Origin: an uncultured Saprospiraceae bacterium
GTDB lineage: Bacteria > Bacteroidota > Bacteroidia > Chitinophagales > Saprospiraceae
Direction of reading: 5' to 3'
Assembly: GCA_938008185.1 (NCBI GenBank)
Contig: CALLLR010000008.1
Span: 1,058 to 65,057, forward strand
Length of the DNA: 64,000 nucleotides
Both the position numbers and the translations under genes were made by a program. A model generated the notes under the pieces. The model did not search any database and was not told the origin of the DNA. It was given only the letters and a program-made list of their open reading frames with translations. This document shows positions 1 through 10,562 of the stretch, piece by piece; positions within the stretch are counted from its first letter, which is position 1; each line of letters starts with the position of its first letter.

Positions 1-173
1 TCGGTTAATAAGCAAAGTAAGCCTTCTTTATCGACCATCTTCTCTTTCAATTCTTCGGGGGTCATGGCCCGGTCGTAGGGAAAAATTTCCAGGTCGACGT
101 TCGCTTCTAATTTTTCAATTGCAACTTCCGGCAGTTGACGGGTCAGTAATACTTTGGGGCGTAAATTAGCCAT
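1..173 (-). CDS. 2-hydroxyacid dehydrogenase / glyoxylate reductase family, N-terminal fragment running off the window
   Basis: Own translation of the minus strand from ATG (cat at 171-173): MANLRPKVLLTRQLPEVAIEKLEANVDLEIFPYDRAMTPEELKEKMVDKEGLLCLLT. This resembles the N-terminus of GhrB/GyaR-type reductases. It is absent from the ORF track because it is truncated. Confidence 0.55.
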   Translation of the reverse strand, partial: MANLRPKVLLTRQLPEVAIEKLEANVDLEIFPYDRAMTPEELKEKMVDKEGLLCLLT

Positions 174-518
174 TGTTTAAAATGAATTAAAGAAACTGTT
201 TAAGAATAAAACCCGCCAGCACTTGGTTTCGCTCTCTGTATAAATTCTTAAACAACGCTTATTTTATGGGATTGCCATCGAACTGTTTTCTCGATCTATT
301 CCCGTTGATTTGTTGACATCTTTAAAACATATCCCCCCTTCGTTAAGTTTTGAAAATCTATTTTTAATTCATCATTTTTTCTAAAAAAACCGGTTAGTTC
401 CAATTGTCCCAAAAGATCATACCTTCCAAATAAAATATGGATAACTTCAATAAAAAAGTGTGATTACTACAAAATTGAGTAATCACACTTCTATATTTAA
501 AAATCAAAATAACTTTTT

Positions 519-2969
519 TTAATTTACTGTGATATTTCGGGTAATGACTTGTCCATCTATTTTCAATCTAACCCAATAAGTACCTTTGGGTTGATTAGTC
601 AAATCAATTTGATAAATTGAATTGGTAAAAGATTGTTCGTTGGCTCGAAAGACTTCCTGTCCAATGGTATTAAATACATTTAATTGAACCGCAGCATTTT
701 GTTCCATCTCAAGCGTTACCTGAAATAATCCATTATTAGGATTAGGGCTTACCATAAGAGTCGTCAGGCCTTCAATATTATCTACCGCGACCAGATCATC
801 TACAAAGTAAGTGTCATTAAAAATACAGCCATTAGCATCGGTGATTTCTACTGAGTAATCGCCCGTGACTAATCCGGCAATATCCTCGGTAGTAGCACCA
901 TTAGACCACGCAAAAGTATAAGGGCTAACACCTCCGCTAACCGTTATATCAATGGCTCCGGTGCTGCTATTTCCAATATCATCGGTAACTTCTCCCGTCG
1001 CCAAATATCCTACACAGCCAACGGCAATTTCGTAAGTTTCAGTGTAGGCACATCCGTTAGATGCGGTGACGGTCACGCTATAGATTCCAGGAATAAGATT
1101 CATTAAATCTTCGGTAATAGCACCGTTAGACCATAAGTATGTATAAGTATCGTTGCCGGTTACGGTAAGGTCAATGCTGCCTGGATTACCATTCATCAGA
1201 TTAACAACTGCGGCATCGATGGTCGGAGCCAGACAATTTCTGACGCCTATATTATCCAAAGCGAAATCAGCGGTAAAAGTTGGCGATCCGTTATTAGCAA
1301 TATCTCCGGAGATCGTTACTTCTACTACTGATCCGATAAAGTCATTCAAGGAAAGTGAACTCGTTTCCCAGGGCTGAGTCTCCGAAGCTTGTTGTTGGCC
1401 AGATAAGATTCCAATGATGGATTCATTACCAGCCTGATCATTCACCGTAACAATAAGGTTTCCGATGGCTCCACCAAACATATGGTAGTCAAAACCTAGC
1501 TGTACGTCATCGGCACTGGCTAAGTCAATACATTCGGTTGTGATTATCCCAACATCATCAAGGGTCGCTGCCGAAGTTTCCATATAAATATAATTAGCAC
1601 TCCCTCCTGATCCCGTAGCTGGTCCTGTGCCAGTAGAAGCGGTAGGTCCCGTGGCTACTTCAAACGGTAAAGATCCCTCATTATACAGAAAAGGAAATTC
1701 AACTGCTCCGATATTCAGTCCTTCAAAATCCACGGCAAAGTCGGGTACAACAGTCTGTTTGTTTGCCACAATTCTGGAGGTTAGATCGTTTGAATTATTA
1801 ATATCTCCATCCACCGCCGTACGAACGCCAACCTGGTAAACTCCATCTGCGGAAAGATCAATCGTGGCGTTAAAAGTATAGCTGAGCGTACCTCCGCCAG
1901 CCAGTGGGCCAGGGATTATTTCCGTTTCTACTACCACACCGTTTACTAAAATTTCTACAGGTATATCAGATATCGATTCGCCGCTAAAATTAGTTACCTC
2001 GAAAGTAACAACTTCCGCATTCATTAGATTACAACCAGATACCGGCGAAGACAGCGCTTGTGTCCCCAAATCGGTAGCCGCATCCGGATCAAAAGATAAT
2101 TCGTACCCAAATAAGCGATCGGGAGTCGCCTGATTGACTCCTCCCAGAATCAGTGTTCCATCATCATCCCAGGTATTCGTAATAAACATTCCACCAGCCA
2201 ATGCTCCGTCAGTATTCAGATCCTGATTTACGTCTCTGCCCACGCCCGTTGGTGTTCCGGTATTCAAATCAATTTGAGAAATTAAAGAATTAGAAGGATC
2301 ACCCGCCTGATGAAAAACCCAAAGATAAGGACCTTCAGCGCTGACCCCGTCAAAAGCAGCACCGTACATACCGCCCAGCGTGTGAGTAGTAGCTGGAATA
2401 GTCGACAAAATTCCTCCAGTAGTACTTATGGAATAAATCGAAGTATTAAAATTACCAACCCAAAAACCTCCATTTCCATTATCAAGACTGGCATCGTAAC
2501 TGATAAAACGAATGGCATCGGGAGAACTAGTAGCAACAGAATTAGTAACCGTCTTTGTTATTGGATCAATCATATGAATGGTCGTCGTGTTATTAGCAGC
2601 CCAAATACTAGTTCCATCCCAGGTCATCGCACGGATAAAGCCAGTCGTTGCGTCTAACAGCTCTGGTATAGTAAAATTTTCTATAAAACTCCCATCATTA
2701 GCTAATACCACAATGGTATCTTCATTCCAGTTAGCCACCCAAAAGAAAGAATCAACGTGAACGGCTCCAGCTAACGCTCCTTGCTCGCTATCAGTGGTGG
2801 CATCGTAATCAAATAATAAATCCCATTGTGCTTGTGAGGCTACGCTGGATCCAGGTACTGGTCCTACTGGCCCAGCAGGAGCTTGCTCTGATTGAGCAGT
2901 TAGAATACTAGCGGAGAACATTAAAGTCAGTGCTAATAAAAAAAATTGGTTTGTAAATTTATTTTTCAT
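519..2969 (-). CDS. T9SS-secreted surface protein with a MAM-like domain, two SprB-type repeats and a C-terminal T9SS sorting domain
   Basis: Signal peptide MKNKFTNQFFLLALTLMFSASILTAQS. Two repeats of YT(Y/F)xWSNGAxTEDxxxLxxGxYSVxxTxxNGC. The C-terminal ~80 aa (LMVSPNPNNGLFQV...GTYWVRLKIDGQVITRNITVN) matches the Por secretion tail pattern. Confidence 0.8.
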   Translation of the reverse strand: MKNKFTNQFFLLALTLMFSASILTAQSEQAPAGPVGPVPGSSVASQAQWDLLFDYDATTDSEQGALAGAVHVDSFFWVANWNEDTIVVLANDGSFIENFTIPELLDATTGFIRAMTWDGTSIWAANNTTTIHMIDPITKTVTNSVATSSPDAIRFISYDASLDNGNGGFWVGNFNTSIYSISTTGGILSTIPATTHTLGGMYGAAFDGVSAEGPYLWVFHQAGDPSNSLISQIDLNTGTPTGVGRDVNQDLNTDGALAGGMFITNTWDDDGTLILGGVNQATPDRLFGYELSFDPDAATDLGTQALSSPVSGCNLMNAEVVTFEVTNFSGESISDIPVEILVNGVVVETEIIPGPLAGGGTLSYTFNATIDLSADGVYQVGVRTAVDGDINNSNDLTSRIVANKQTVVPDFAVDFEGLNIGAVEFPFLYNEGSLPFEVATGPTASTGTGPATGSGGSANYIYMETSAATLDDVGIITTECIDLASADDVQLGFDYHMFGGAIGNLIVTVNDQAGNESIIGILSGQQQASETQPWETSSLSLNDFIGSVVEVTISGDIANNGSPTFTADFALDNIGVRNCLAPTIDAAVVNLMNGNPGSIDLTVTGNDTYTYLWSNGAITEDLMNLIPGIYSVTVTASNGCAYTETYEIAVGCVGYLATGEVTDDIGNSSTGAIDITVSGGVSPYTFAWSNGATTEDIAGLVTGDYSVEITDANGCIFNDTYFVDDLVAVDNIEGLTTLMVSPNPNNGLFQVTLEMEQNAAVQLNVFNTIGQEVFRANEQSFTNSIYQIDLTNQPKGTYWVRLKIDGQVITRNITVN

Positions 2970-3090
2970 GAAAAAAATTTAAAAATGTTAAGAGAAGATT
3001 CTGGTCAAAAATTAGAGGAGTAAGATAGGAAATGGTTTTTAATTTTAAATAAAAAAAATGAAAATAGTAATTTTAATTGCAAATAAAAAA

Positions 3091-3114
3091 GCCTCCTCCC
3101 GGCGGGGAGGAGGC
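3091..3114 (-). terminator. Strong GC hairpin with a U-tract on the minus strand (orphan intrinsic terminator)
   Basis: gcctcctccc-ggcg-gggaggaggc is a perfect 10-bp stem. The A-run at 3085-3090 gives UUUUUUAUUU after the stem on the minus strand. No convincing minus-strand ORF lies upstream of it. Confidence 0.5.
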
Positions 3115-3725
3115 AAATTCCAAGGAACTGATTTCAATAAATTAGTCCCAGAACAGCATCTTTGACAAAAGTTAAATTTCATAGAACGCTTTGTCTTATT
3201 TTGAAAAGTGGAAGTGACCAGAATTCTGATCACTTCCCTGATACACTTATCAAATTAAAATAATATCGTATGGGGTTATGATTTTACATCATATACAATA
3301 CGGATTGTTCTGACTTGGTTTTATGGCAGATAATAATTTCTGGTGCTTTATAAAAAGCATCCAACAATTAACAAATATTAATCTTCTAAAAAATAGTAAT
3401 TACCACATCACAGATAACAATCCGTAATTGGCAAGGTCGGTTAGTGGGATGATAAGTCGTATCCTTGGATATTTCTTACATCGGTTGGGATGGAAAGCAA
3501 CCTGATCAAACAGGATGCCTTCCTCATTTATACCTATTACAGGGTAAGAAGGTTTCAGTTTAATATTTAAAATATACAAATATTAATGAAATTAACATTT
3601 GTTTGTGATTCCACCTCTCCTTTTTCTCCTTCAATGAACTTAAATATTAACTGAGGTACTCATAAATAAATATTTAAATGAAACAAAAAGTTTCATTTTT
3701 ACTTGAATAATAACATTTTTTGTTT

Positions 3726-3733
3726 TATGTTTG
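3726..3733 (+). promoter_or_regulatory. Bacteroidota -7 promoter box (TAnnTTTG)
   Basis: tatgtttg lies about 50 nt upstream of ATG 3786. This argues that the annotated ORF start at 3720 is too early. Confidence 0.35.
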
Positions 3734-3785
3734 TGTCGCGCGCAACATCATCGGATACATAAGTATCTCAGAAATACTAAACATT

Positions 3786-4676
3786 ATGAGTAAAACAACA
3801 ATTTTCGTCGGACCTTTAAAACATCGGATCATCATGAAATCTATCCTTACCAAACAATGGATCAGCCAGCACTGGTTTAAAATCATTTTGCCAGGCATGG
3901 TCATTTTTTTATTACAACAAAAAAATCTAAACCTACAGTTCAACCTAAGTAATCAACAAGCAACAACCATTACTGAAACAACTGCCGAGACCGCCAATGG
4001 TGAATCATCCTGGTTTAGTAAGTTAAAACCAAGTCATCTGGCGTCTCATCTGGCCGGTGGCCTGACCGAAAAAATTTCTTCAACAACCGTCAAAGATTTA
4101 GAGGAAAAATCGCCCCATCAAATGGGCCATTCTGATAATCTTTCCAATACCTACAGCAACATGACTTATCGGGAATCTGCTCCAAAAGCAGTTCCAACTT
4201 ATACTAAAGCACAACTAAAAAAATTAAAAAAGCAACGTGCTTACGTAGATCGCTTTGTCAATGTAGCACAGGTAGAAATGAAAAAATACGGTATTCCGGC
4301 CAGTATCAAACTAGCGCAAGGGCTGATTGAAACCAACGCGGGTGAAAGTCGGTTGTCTACTAAAAATAACAATCATTTCGGAATGAAGTGTTTTTCTAAA
4401 AAATGCAAAAAAGGGCATTGCAGTAATTTTACGGATGACAGTCACAAGGATTTTTTCAGAACGTACAAGAGTGCCTGGGTCAGCTACCGGTCACACAGCA
4501 AAATGCTATCCGGCAACAAACGCTACAAGCATTTATTTAAATTAGCTCCCGTTGATTACAAAGGATGGGCAAAGGGTTTGTACAAAGCTGGATACGCAAC
4601 GGACAAGCGTTACGCAGAAAAATTAATTAGCATTATCGAAGAATTAAATTTACAACAATACGATGAGATAAACTAA
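3786..4676 (+). CDS. Glucosaminidase-domain (mannosyl-glycoprotein endo-beta-N-acetylglucosaminidase, FlgJ/LytD-like) membrane-anchored protein
   Basis: C-terminal IPASIKLAQGLIETNAGESRLSTKNNNHFGMKC...GYATDKRYAEKLISIIEELNL matches the glucosaminidase fold signature. There is an N-terminal TM segment. The start is taken at ATG 3786, with 3834 as an alternative. The ORF track start at 3720 lies inside the promoter box. Confidence 0.7.
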   Translation: MSKTTIFVGPLKHRIIMKSILTKQWISQHWFKIILPGMVIFLLQQKNLNLQFNLSNQQATTITETTAETANGESSWFSKLKPSHLASHLAGGLTEKISSTTVKDLEEKSPHQMGHSDNLSNTYSNMTYRESAPKAVPTYTKAQLKKLKKQRAYVDRFVNVAQVEMKKYGIPASIKLAQGLIETNAGESRLSTKNNNHFGMKCFSKKCKKGHCSNFTDDSHKDFFRTYKSAWVSYRSHSKMLSGNKRYKHLFKLAPVDYKGWAKGLYKAGYATDKRYAEKLISIIEELNLQQYDEIN

Positions 4677-4806
4677 ATGCACGGTAAAATCTAAATTATC
4701 GTGTACTGAATGACAACGCTCAATTGTCATCATCAGAAGAGGCGGAAGTACCGTACTTTGGTATAAGAAAGTTTTTTAAATACTCGGAGGTGGATTTCCG
4801 TAAATT

Positions 4807-4834
4807 GGGGTTGTAGTGCGTCGACTACAGCCCC
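4807..4834 (+). terminator. Hairpin followed by a U-rich tract downstream of the glucosaminidase gene
   Basis: ggggttgtag-tgcgtcga-ctacagcccc followed by tcttcttt. Confidence 0.4.
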
Positions 4835-4875
4835 TCTTCTTTGGGAATCGTCGATAGAAAAAAAATCAGATTTGA

Positions 4876-5166
4876 CTAGAAAGTGTTAAATTTCTTGGTT
4901 TTATCTTCGAAATGCACATCTTGATCTTTCTTTAGGTGTAATTGTAAATTAATTACCAGTTCTTCTCCTCCCGCTTGCAGCGCGGCTTCTTTCGCTTGCA
5001 TAGCGACGGCCATTACCTCTTCCAGCGATCCTTCCAATAAAGTAGCAAAAGGTTGAACTTCGTATTTTGTGCCAGATGCCTGCACAACGCGAATCGTCGC
5101 ATCAATAATTGGATAAGCATCTGCCGTATTAACGGGAATAATTTGCAAAGAAAGATTTACAGTCAT
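4876..5166 (-). CDS. MTH1187/YkoF-family (UPF0045) thiamine-binding-like small protein
   Basis: 96 aa. MTVNLSLQIIPV...AYPIIDATIRVVQASGTKYEVQPFATLLEG is typical of the MTH1187 family. Confidence 0.7.
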   Translation of the reverse strand: MTVNLSLQIIPVNTADAYPIIDATIRVVQASGTKYEVQPFATLLEGSLEEVMAVAMQAKEAALQAGGEELVINLQLHLKKDQDVHFEDKTKKFNTF

Positions 5167-5180
5167 GTGCTTATTAGAAT

Positions 5181-6080
5181 TTATTCAATTACGGAGCGAA
5201 TGGCGCGTACCAAATCTTCAGAACGGGGCGCCATAATAAATTCTACCCGACGATTTTCATTTTTTCCCGCAGCAGTTTCGTTGGAAGCACGAGGTTTGAA
5301 TTCTCCCCTGGCGCCGAGGGTCACCTGGGAAGGACTAAAATCATATTCTTCGGTCAAAATTCTTACAACGGTAGCGGCTTGCTGAGCACCAACGTTCCAG
5401 TTGTCCACGCTTGATTTACGAGCGGGTGGAGCGTTGTCGGTATGTCCAATGACCGAAAGATTCATCGTAGGATAACGACTTAATACATCGCTTAGTTTTT
5501 CCAGTACCGTCAAAGCCAGATCGTTGACTTTGACCACACTTTTAGATTTAAAGATCAAGTCATCCAAGAGGATCAATCGAACTTCTTCCAGTCCCGTCTC
5601 TATAAAATACTGTGTTTGCAGAATGGCTCCTATTTCTTGTCGTAATTCACCAGCCAGGGTTCCCATCAATTGAGTATGACGATCCAAAGTAATATTGACT
5701 TCGGCGATTAGTCCGTTTAGCCGCTGAATTTCTGAGTCTTTTTGCTGAAGGTTTTGATTTAAATTTTGTTGTGTAGAACTAGATTGCGAACTGACGTTTT
5801 CGATGGTCCCCTCTAATTGAGTAATGCGATCTTGCAGTTCTCCCCGCAGCATCAACAAAACATTATTCTCTCCCTTAGCTTCGGCTAATTGCAAATTAAG
5901 ATCAGTAATAGATTCCTCTGCCCTTCTGATCTTGCTGTCTCGCAAAGAAGTTTCTTGTTCCAGTAAAGCAGCCTCTTTTTTAGCCTGCATTTCCAGAGCC
6001 AGTAAGTGTTTTTTATTACTGATACAGCCTCCTAGCAAGCAAACCGCTCCAACGCAAAAAATAATTTTTTTAAATAACAT
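5181..6080 (-). CDS. OmpA/MotB-domain lipoprotein with a coiled-coil N-terminal half
   Basis: Lipobox LLGGC. C-terminal IGHTDNAPP...NENRRVEFIM is the OmpA-like peptidoglycan-binding motif. Confidence 0.8.
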   Translation of the reverse strand: MLFKKIIFCVGAVCLLGGCISNKKHLLALEMQAKKEAALLEQETSLRDSKIRRAEESITDLNLQLAEAKGENNVLLMLRGELQDRITQLEGTIENVSSQSSSTQQNLNQNLQQKDSEIQRLNGLIAEVNITLDRHTQLMGTLAGELRQEIGAILQTQYFIETGLEEVRLILLDDLIFKSKSVVKVNDLALTVLEKLSDVLSRYPTMNLSVIGHTDNAPPARKSSVDNWNVGAQQAATVVRILTEEYDFSPSQVTLGARGEFKPRASNETAAGKNENRRVEFIMAPRSEDLVRAIRSVIE

Positions 6081-6089
6081 ATTATTTAT

Positions 6090-8888
6090 TTATTCGCCAT
6101 CCTTTTTATCCGTCACTTGTTCACCACCCTCTTTTTTCTTGATCTCTTTAGCCGCTTTTTCTACGTCGTTGGTTGCTTTTTTCAAGGCTTCCAGATCCTT
6201 TTCACGGTTTTTCTTTTCCGCAGCTTTCGGTTTTTTAGGGGCAGTAACACCTGACTTTGGAGCGACTTTACCCGTAGGTTTTTTTTCTGTTTTATCGAAA
6301 GATAATTGATCCTTGTTAGCGTTTACATAGATGGTATCACCTGCCGTAAATTCACCACTAAGCAGGTACTTGGATAGTTGATTGGTGATTTCCCGTTGCA
6401 GTACCCGCTTTAGTGGACGTGCGCCAAACTGAGGATCATAGCCCATTTCGGCCAGTAAGTCCTGAGCCGGTTCCGTTAGTACCAGTTTCATACCTTGTTG
6501 GACGATCATCTTCTCAGTTTTTCGTAATAGTATTTTTAAAATCTTTTTGATTTCATCCCGGGACAATGGCAAGAACATGATCTGCTCATCAATTCTATTC
6601 AAAAATTCCGGTCGTAAATTTTCTTTTAACGCTTCAAAGACTTCATTCTTTGTCGTCTCAATAATATCCGTCCGGTGTTCGTCACCCAAAGCGTCGAGGT
6701 CTTCAAAATTTTCCAGAATCACTTCTGCTCCCATATTAGAAGTCATGATGATAATGGTATTTTTAAAATTTGCTACCCGACCTTTATTATCCGTCAGACG
6801 ACCATCGTCCAGTACTTGTAATAAAATATTAAACGTATCCGGATGTGCCTTTTCGATTTCATCCAAAAGAATAATGGAATACGGTTTTTGTCTTACCGCC
6901 TGTGTAAGCTGTCCGCCTTCATCGTATCCTACGTAACCCGGAGGCGCGCCTACGAGTCGGGAAACAGAGTGACGCTCTTGAAATTCACTCATATCAATTC
7001 GGGTGATGGCCCGTTCGTCATCAAATAAAACTTCCGCCAGCGCTTTGGCCAACTCCGTTTTTCCGACCCCGGTTGGTCCTACGAAGATAAATGAACCGAT
7101 CGGACGATTGGCGTCCTGCAATCCTGCCCGACTACGCCGCACAGCATCGGATACGGCGCGTACTGCCTCATGCTGACCAATCAATCGTTTACCAATTTCT
7201 TCTTCTAGCTTGAGCAGTTTATCTTTTTCACTTTGAATCATTTTAGACACGGGGATGCCGGTAGAACGAGCGACTACTTCCGCGATATCATTTGCGGTTA
7301 CTTCTTCGTTGGTAAAACGATTTTCTTCCGGTAGCTTACTCAATTTTTCTTCTGCTACTTTTAGCATCGCTTCCTGTTCTTTAATTTTTCCGTAACGAAT
7401 CTTTGCTACTTCTTCAAAGTCAGATTCCCGTTCCGCTTTTTCTGCGTCGTGTTCTAAAGTTTCGATTGTTTTTTTAATGGCCTGAATCGTATCAACCACT
7501 TCCTTTTCGTTTTTCCAGCGAGCCGTAATGGACTCCAGCGATTCCCGTGCGTTGGCAATCTGTTCATTGATCTTGGCCAGTTTTTTCTTATTACCTTCCC
7601 GTTTAATGGCTTCCCGCTCTATTTCCAGTTGGCGGAATTTACGATCCTGTTCGTCTATTTCGTCGGGTACCGAGTCCAGTTCCATCCGTAATTTTGCGGC
7701 AGCTTCATCAATCAAATCAATCGCCTTGTCGGGTAGAGAACGGTCCGCAATATAGCGGTGGGACAATTCTGCGGCGGCAATCAGGGCTTCGTCCAGAATA
7801 TCAATTTTATGATATACTTCATAACGCTCCTGTAGTCCACGCAAGATAGAAATGGTATCTTCCACCGAAGGCTCTTCAATCAAAACCGTCTGAAAACGTC
7901 GAACCAACGCTTTGTCTTTTTCAAAATATTTTTGGTATTCGTCTAACGTAGTTGCACCAACTGTACGCAATGTTCCACGGGCCAACACAGGTTTAAGAAT
8001 ATTAGCTGCATCAATACCACCCTGTCCACCACCGGCACCAATCAAAGTGTGAATCTCATCAATAAATAATACAATCTCGCCGTTAGAATTTTCTACCTCT
8101 TTGATAATTCCTTTTAATCGCTCTTCAAATTCACCTTTGAACTTTGCGCCCGCAATCATCGCGGAAATATCTAACGTATAAATTTTTTTCGATTGTAAAT
8201 TTTCGGGAACATCATGTTTGACAATTCTCCAGGCAATGCCTTCTACGATCGCCGTTTTACCTACGCCAGGTTCACCAATTAATAACGGGTTATTTTTTCT
8301 ACGACGACTTAGAATATGAAGTACGCGACGAATTTCTTCATCCCGACCGATGATGGGATCCAGTTCGCCAGATTCAGCACGTTGATTGAGATTTATTGCA
8401 AACTTTTCCAGTGAATTATATTGGGTTTCTGAATGCTGACTTTCGACTTTACTTCCTTTGCGCAATTCTTCGATAGCAGCGCGCATCCCTTTGTCAGAAG
8501 CTCCGAGGTTACGAAGGATTTCGCCTCCTTTTTCTTTGCCTTGAATAATTGCCAGCAACATCAGTTCCACGGAGATAAATTCGTCGCCAAATTCTTTGAG
8601 CATTTTTTTAGCACGGCTCATCGCCTTGTTAGCGTTGTCGGTCAGATACTGTTTATCGGTACCTTGAACCTTTGGGTATTTTTTGATTTCCTTGTCAAGT
8701 TGCTCGTCGAGTACCGCAAGGTTGACCTCCATTCTTTTTAATAAAAAATTGGGGACGTTTTCGTCCGTCAGAATAATCCCTTTAATTAGATGAACCGTAT
8801 CTACAGATTGTTGGTCGTAGCTACCGGCAAGTTGTTGGGCTTTAAGAATAGAATCCTGGGATTTTATGGTGAAATTATCGTACGTCAT
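6090..8888 (-). CDS. clpB: ATP-dependent chaperone ClpB, carrying an extra Lys/Glu-rich C-terminal tail
   Basis: Two AAA+ modules (GEPGVGKT and GPTGVGKT Walker A), a Clp N domain and a coiled-coil middle domain. 932 aa. Confidence 0.95.
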   Translation of the reverse strand: MTYDNFTIKSQDSILKAQQLAGSYDQQSVDTVHLIKGIILTDENVPNFLLKRMEVNLAVLDEQLDKEIKKYPKVQGTDKQYLTDNANKAMSRAKKMLKEFGDEFISVELMLLAIIQGKEKGGEILRNLGASDKGMRAAIEELRKGSKVESQHSETQYNSLEKFAINLNQRAESGELDPIIGRDEEIRRVLHILSRRRKNNPLLIGEPGVGKTAIVEGIAWRIVKHDVPENLQSKKIYTLDISAMIAGAKFKGEFEERLKGIIKEVENSNGEIVLFIDEIHTLIGAGGGQGGIDAANILKPVLARGTLRTVGATTLDEYQKYFEKDKALVRRFQTVLIEEPSVEDTISILRGLQERYEVYHKIDILDEALIAAAELSHRYIADRSLPDKAIDLIDEAAAKLRMELDSVPDEIDEQDRKFRQLEIEREAIKREGNKKKLAKINEQIANARESLESITARWKNEKEVVDTIQAIKKTIETLEHDAEKAERESDFEEVAKIRYGKIKEQEAMLKVAEEKLSKLPEENRFTNEEVTANDIAEVVARSTGIPVSKMIQSEKDKLLKLEEEIGKRLIGQHEAVRAVSDAVRRSRAGLQDANRPIGSFIFVGPTGVGKTELAKALAEVLFDDERAITRIDMSEFQERHSVSRLVGAPPGYVGYDEGGQLTQAVRQKPYSIILLDEIEKAHPDTFNILLQVLDDGRLTDNKGRVANFKNTIIIMTSNMGAEVILENFEDLDALGDEHRTDIIETTKNEVFEALKENLRPEFLNRIDEQIMFLPLSRDEIKKILKILLRKTEKMIVQQGMKLVLTEPAQDLLAEMGYDPQFGARPLKRVLQREITNQLSKYLLSGEFTAGDTIYVNANKDQLSFDKTEKKPTGKVAPKSGVTAPKKPKAAEKKNREKDLEALKKATNDVEKAAKEIKKKEGGEQVTDKKDGE

Positions 8889-9028
8889 GGCGTGTATTTT
8901 ATTTTGGGTCGAAAATAAGCAATTTTAAGGTTTTCCCGTATTAAAATTTTTATTTATTGGTAGAGATGCTGAATAATCGGTTTTTGCATCAGCGATCGGA
9001 AAGAGATAACTACGTTGAAGAAAATAAA

Positions 9029-9068
9029 GTAAAAGGGGCCTGTCCACTTCTGCGGACAAACCCTTTAC
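9029..9068 (-). terminator. Intrinsic terminator after the 9096..10559 gene
   Basis: Minus-strand RNA gtaaaggg-tt-tgtcc-gcagaagt-ggaca-gg-ccccttttac followed by tttattttc. Confidence 0.5.
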
Positions 9069-9095
9069 TTAACTAAAATATTCATCAAAAATACA

Positions 9096-10559
9096 TCAAA
9101 AACTTTCTGATGTTTTTGGTTTTGATCTTCGTTTTTTCTTCTTTGGTGGATTTATCAAATAGTTGATTCCTATCTGAACACTGATTGGAACATAACGTTG
9201 TCCGATTTCAGACTCAGTGGCGGAAATTGAAGTAAGTGGCAATTTAATACGCGGTGCAATTAACCAGCTGAGTTGATTGGTAACCGGGCGGCTGTACTCC
9301 GTGCTCAACCACAATCCAAGACCAGCTTTTCGCTTGAAATACCGATCGTACAGCGTTCTGTTTTCTCCCGAGCTGATTTCTCTGATCGGTGCTGTGTCTG
9401 TAAAAGAATTCGTAAATATTTTTCCATCAAACGCAAAAGCGAGATTAAAATCCAACCCTCCGTACACCCGCCAGTAATTTTTACGATAGCGCCATGCCTT
9501 TCCGATTCCAACCGGAAAACTGAAATAGCGGTAGAGATTGGTATGCCGGACTTTTCTGGTAGTTGTAGTCGTCGTACTCACCGGGCCGCTGATCGTTTCA
9601 GTTATCTCCCCATCGGCATTTTCTACGACGGCAATAGTACCAATGCTCGTCAATGTAGTTTCTTCCATGGTCTCATAGCGAAATCTTTCCCGGAATTCAA
9701 TATATTCCAGTCCCCCCGACAGGATCAATCCCCGGGGAGACTGCGCAATAAAGCTACTGCCAATGGTAAATCCTCCTAATCCTTTTTCACTATCTTTCCG
9801 GAAATTAGTATAGGTCTCATTCCCGCGGGATGACAGTATTCTAAGCGGCAGAACCGGACCCGTCACCAGGGTTGTATTATATTTCCATTTGTTTCTTAAA
9901 GGCTTTATTCGTCTTTTCTTTTTCGATTTTTTCTTTTTTTCCTCTGATTTTATTTTTCCGGACTTTTCAGTTTTATCCTTTTTCAAAGGTGGTTCTGATT
10001 CCTGCGGTTGTTCTATATTTTCTGATTCAACAAAAATTTCATCCGCTTTTATTTCATTTTCTGATGGAGTTATTTCCGGGACAATGCTCTCTTTTTTTGT
10101 ATAAACTATTTCCTCCGAATGCTTTTTTTCTGAAGGCGGTGATACGAATGTGTTCGTAATCGCTGCGATGGTAATTGAGCCATTCTTTTGCTTTGACACC
10201 GCTTTATCGACATCGTATTTTTGATCGTTAGAAATGAGAGTTATTGCGAAGTCGCGCTGTGTTTCGGTGCAATCTTCTTCTTCAAAAAAAACGGTGGACT
10301 CCACCGTTGGAATTTTGGTTTCTAATATTTCAGGAGCCGGAACACCAGATGTGATACTATCCGCATTCCATTGTTTTAAACCAAGTCCAAACAAAACAAG
10401 ACTCACACCGCCAGCCAGCCACCAGAAAAACAGGAAACGTCGTTTCTTTGTCTCTTTCAGATGCGGCTCTACGTTTTCCCAGATCACATCAGTCGATAAA
10501 TCAGGTTCAAACGCGGAAAACGCCTCCCGGAACTGGTCTTCAAAATTATTATTTTTCAT
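9096..10559 (-). CDS. Membrane-anchored protein downstream of an ECF sigma factor (putative anti-sigma / envelope protein with a beta-rich C-terminal domain)
   Basis: Short cytoplasmic N-terminus, one TM (FLFFWWLAGGVSLVLFGL), a Lys/Glu-rich linker and a beta-strand-rich C-terminus. There is a 3-nt gap to the upstream sigma gene. Confidence 0.5.
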   Translation of the reverse strand: MKNNNFEDQFREAFSAFEPDLSTDVIWENVEPHLKETKKRRFLFFWWLAGGVSLVLFGLGLKQWNADSITSGVPAPEILETKIPTVESTVFFEEEDCTETQRDFAITLISNDQKYDVDKAVSKQKNGSITIAAITNTFVSPPSEKKHSEEIVYTKKESIVPEITPSENEIKADEIFVESENIEQPQESEPPLKKDKTEKSGKIKSEEKKKKSKKKRRIKPLRNKWKYNTTLVTGPVLPLRILSSRGNETYTNFRKDSEKGLGGFTIGSSFIAQSPRGLILSGGLEYIEFRERFRYETMEETTLTSIGTIAVVENADGEITETISGPVSTTTTTTRKVRHTNLYRYFSFPVGIGKAWRYRKNYWRVYGGLDFNLAFAFDGKIFTNSFTDTAPIREISSGENRTLYDRYFKRKAGLGLWLSTEYSRPVTNQLSWLIAPRIKLPLTSISATESEIGQRYVPISVQIGINYLINPPKKKKRRSKPKTSESF

Positions 10560-10562
10560 AGC

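Noticed and set aside
1153-2760. Plus-strand ORFs (74, 70, 115 and 60 aa) inside the 816-aa T9SS cargo gene. Similar antisense ORFs occur inside clpB, the M1 peptidase, FTCD, the 1262-aa gene, the acyl-CoA dehydrogenase and others.
   Set aside because: All lie entirely antisense to or within long ORFs that have clear domain content. Their translations are low-complexity Ser/Pro/Arg-rich sequence typical of shadow frames.
3045-3233. 62-aa minus-strand ORF MIRILVTSTFQNK...
   Set aside because: It reads straight through the perfect GC hairpin at 3091-3114 (translated as PPPRREE) and an AT-rich tract. It is more likely non-coding terminator sequence.
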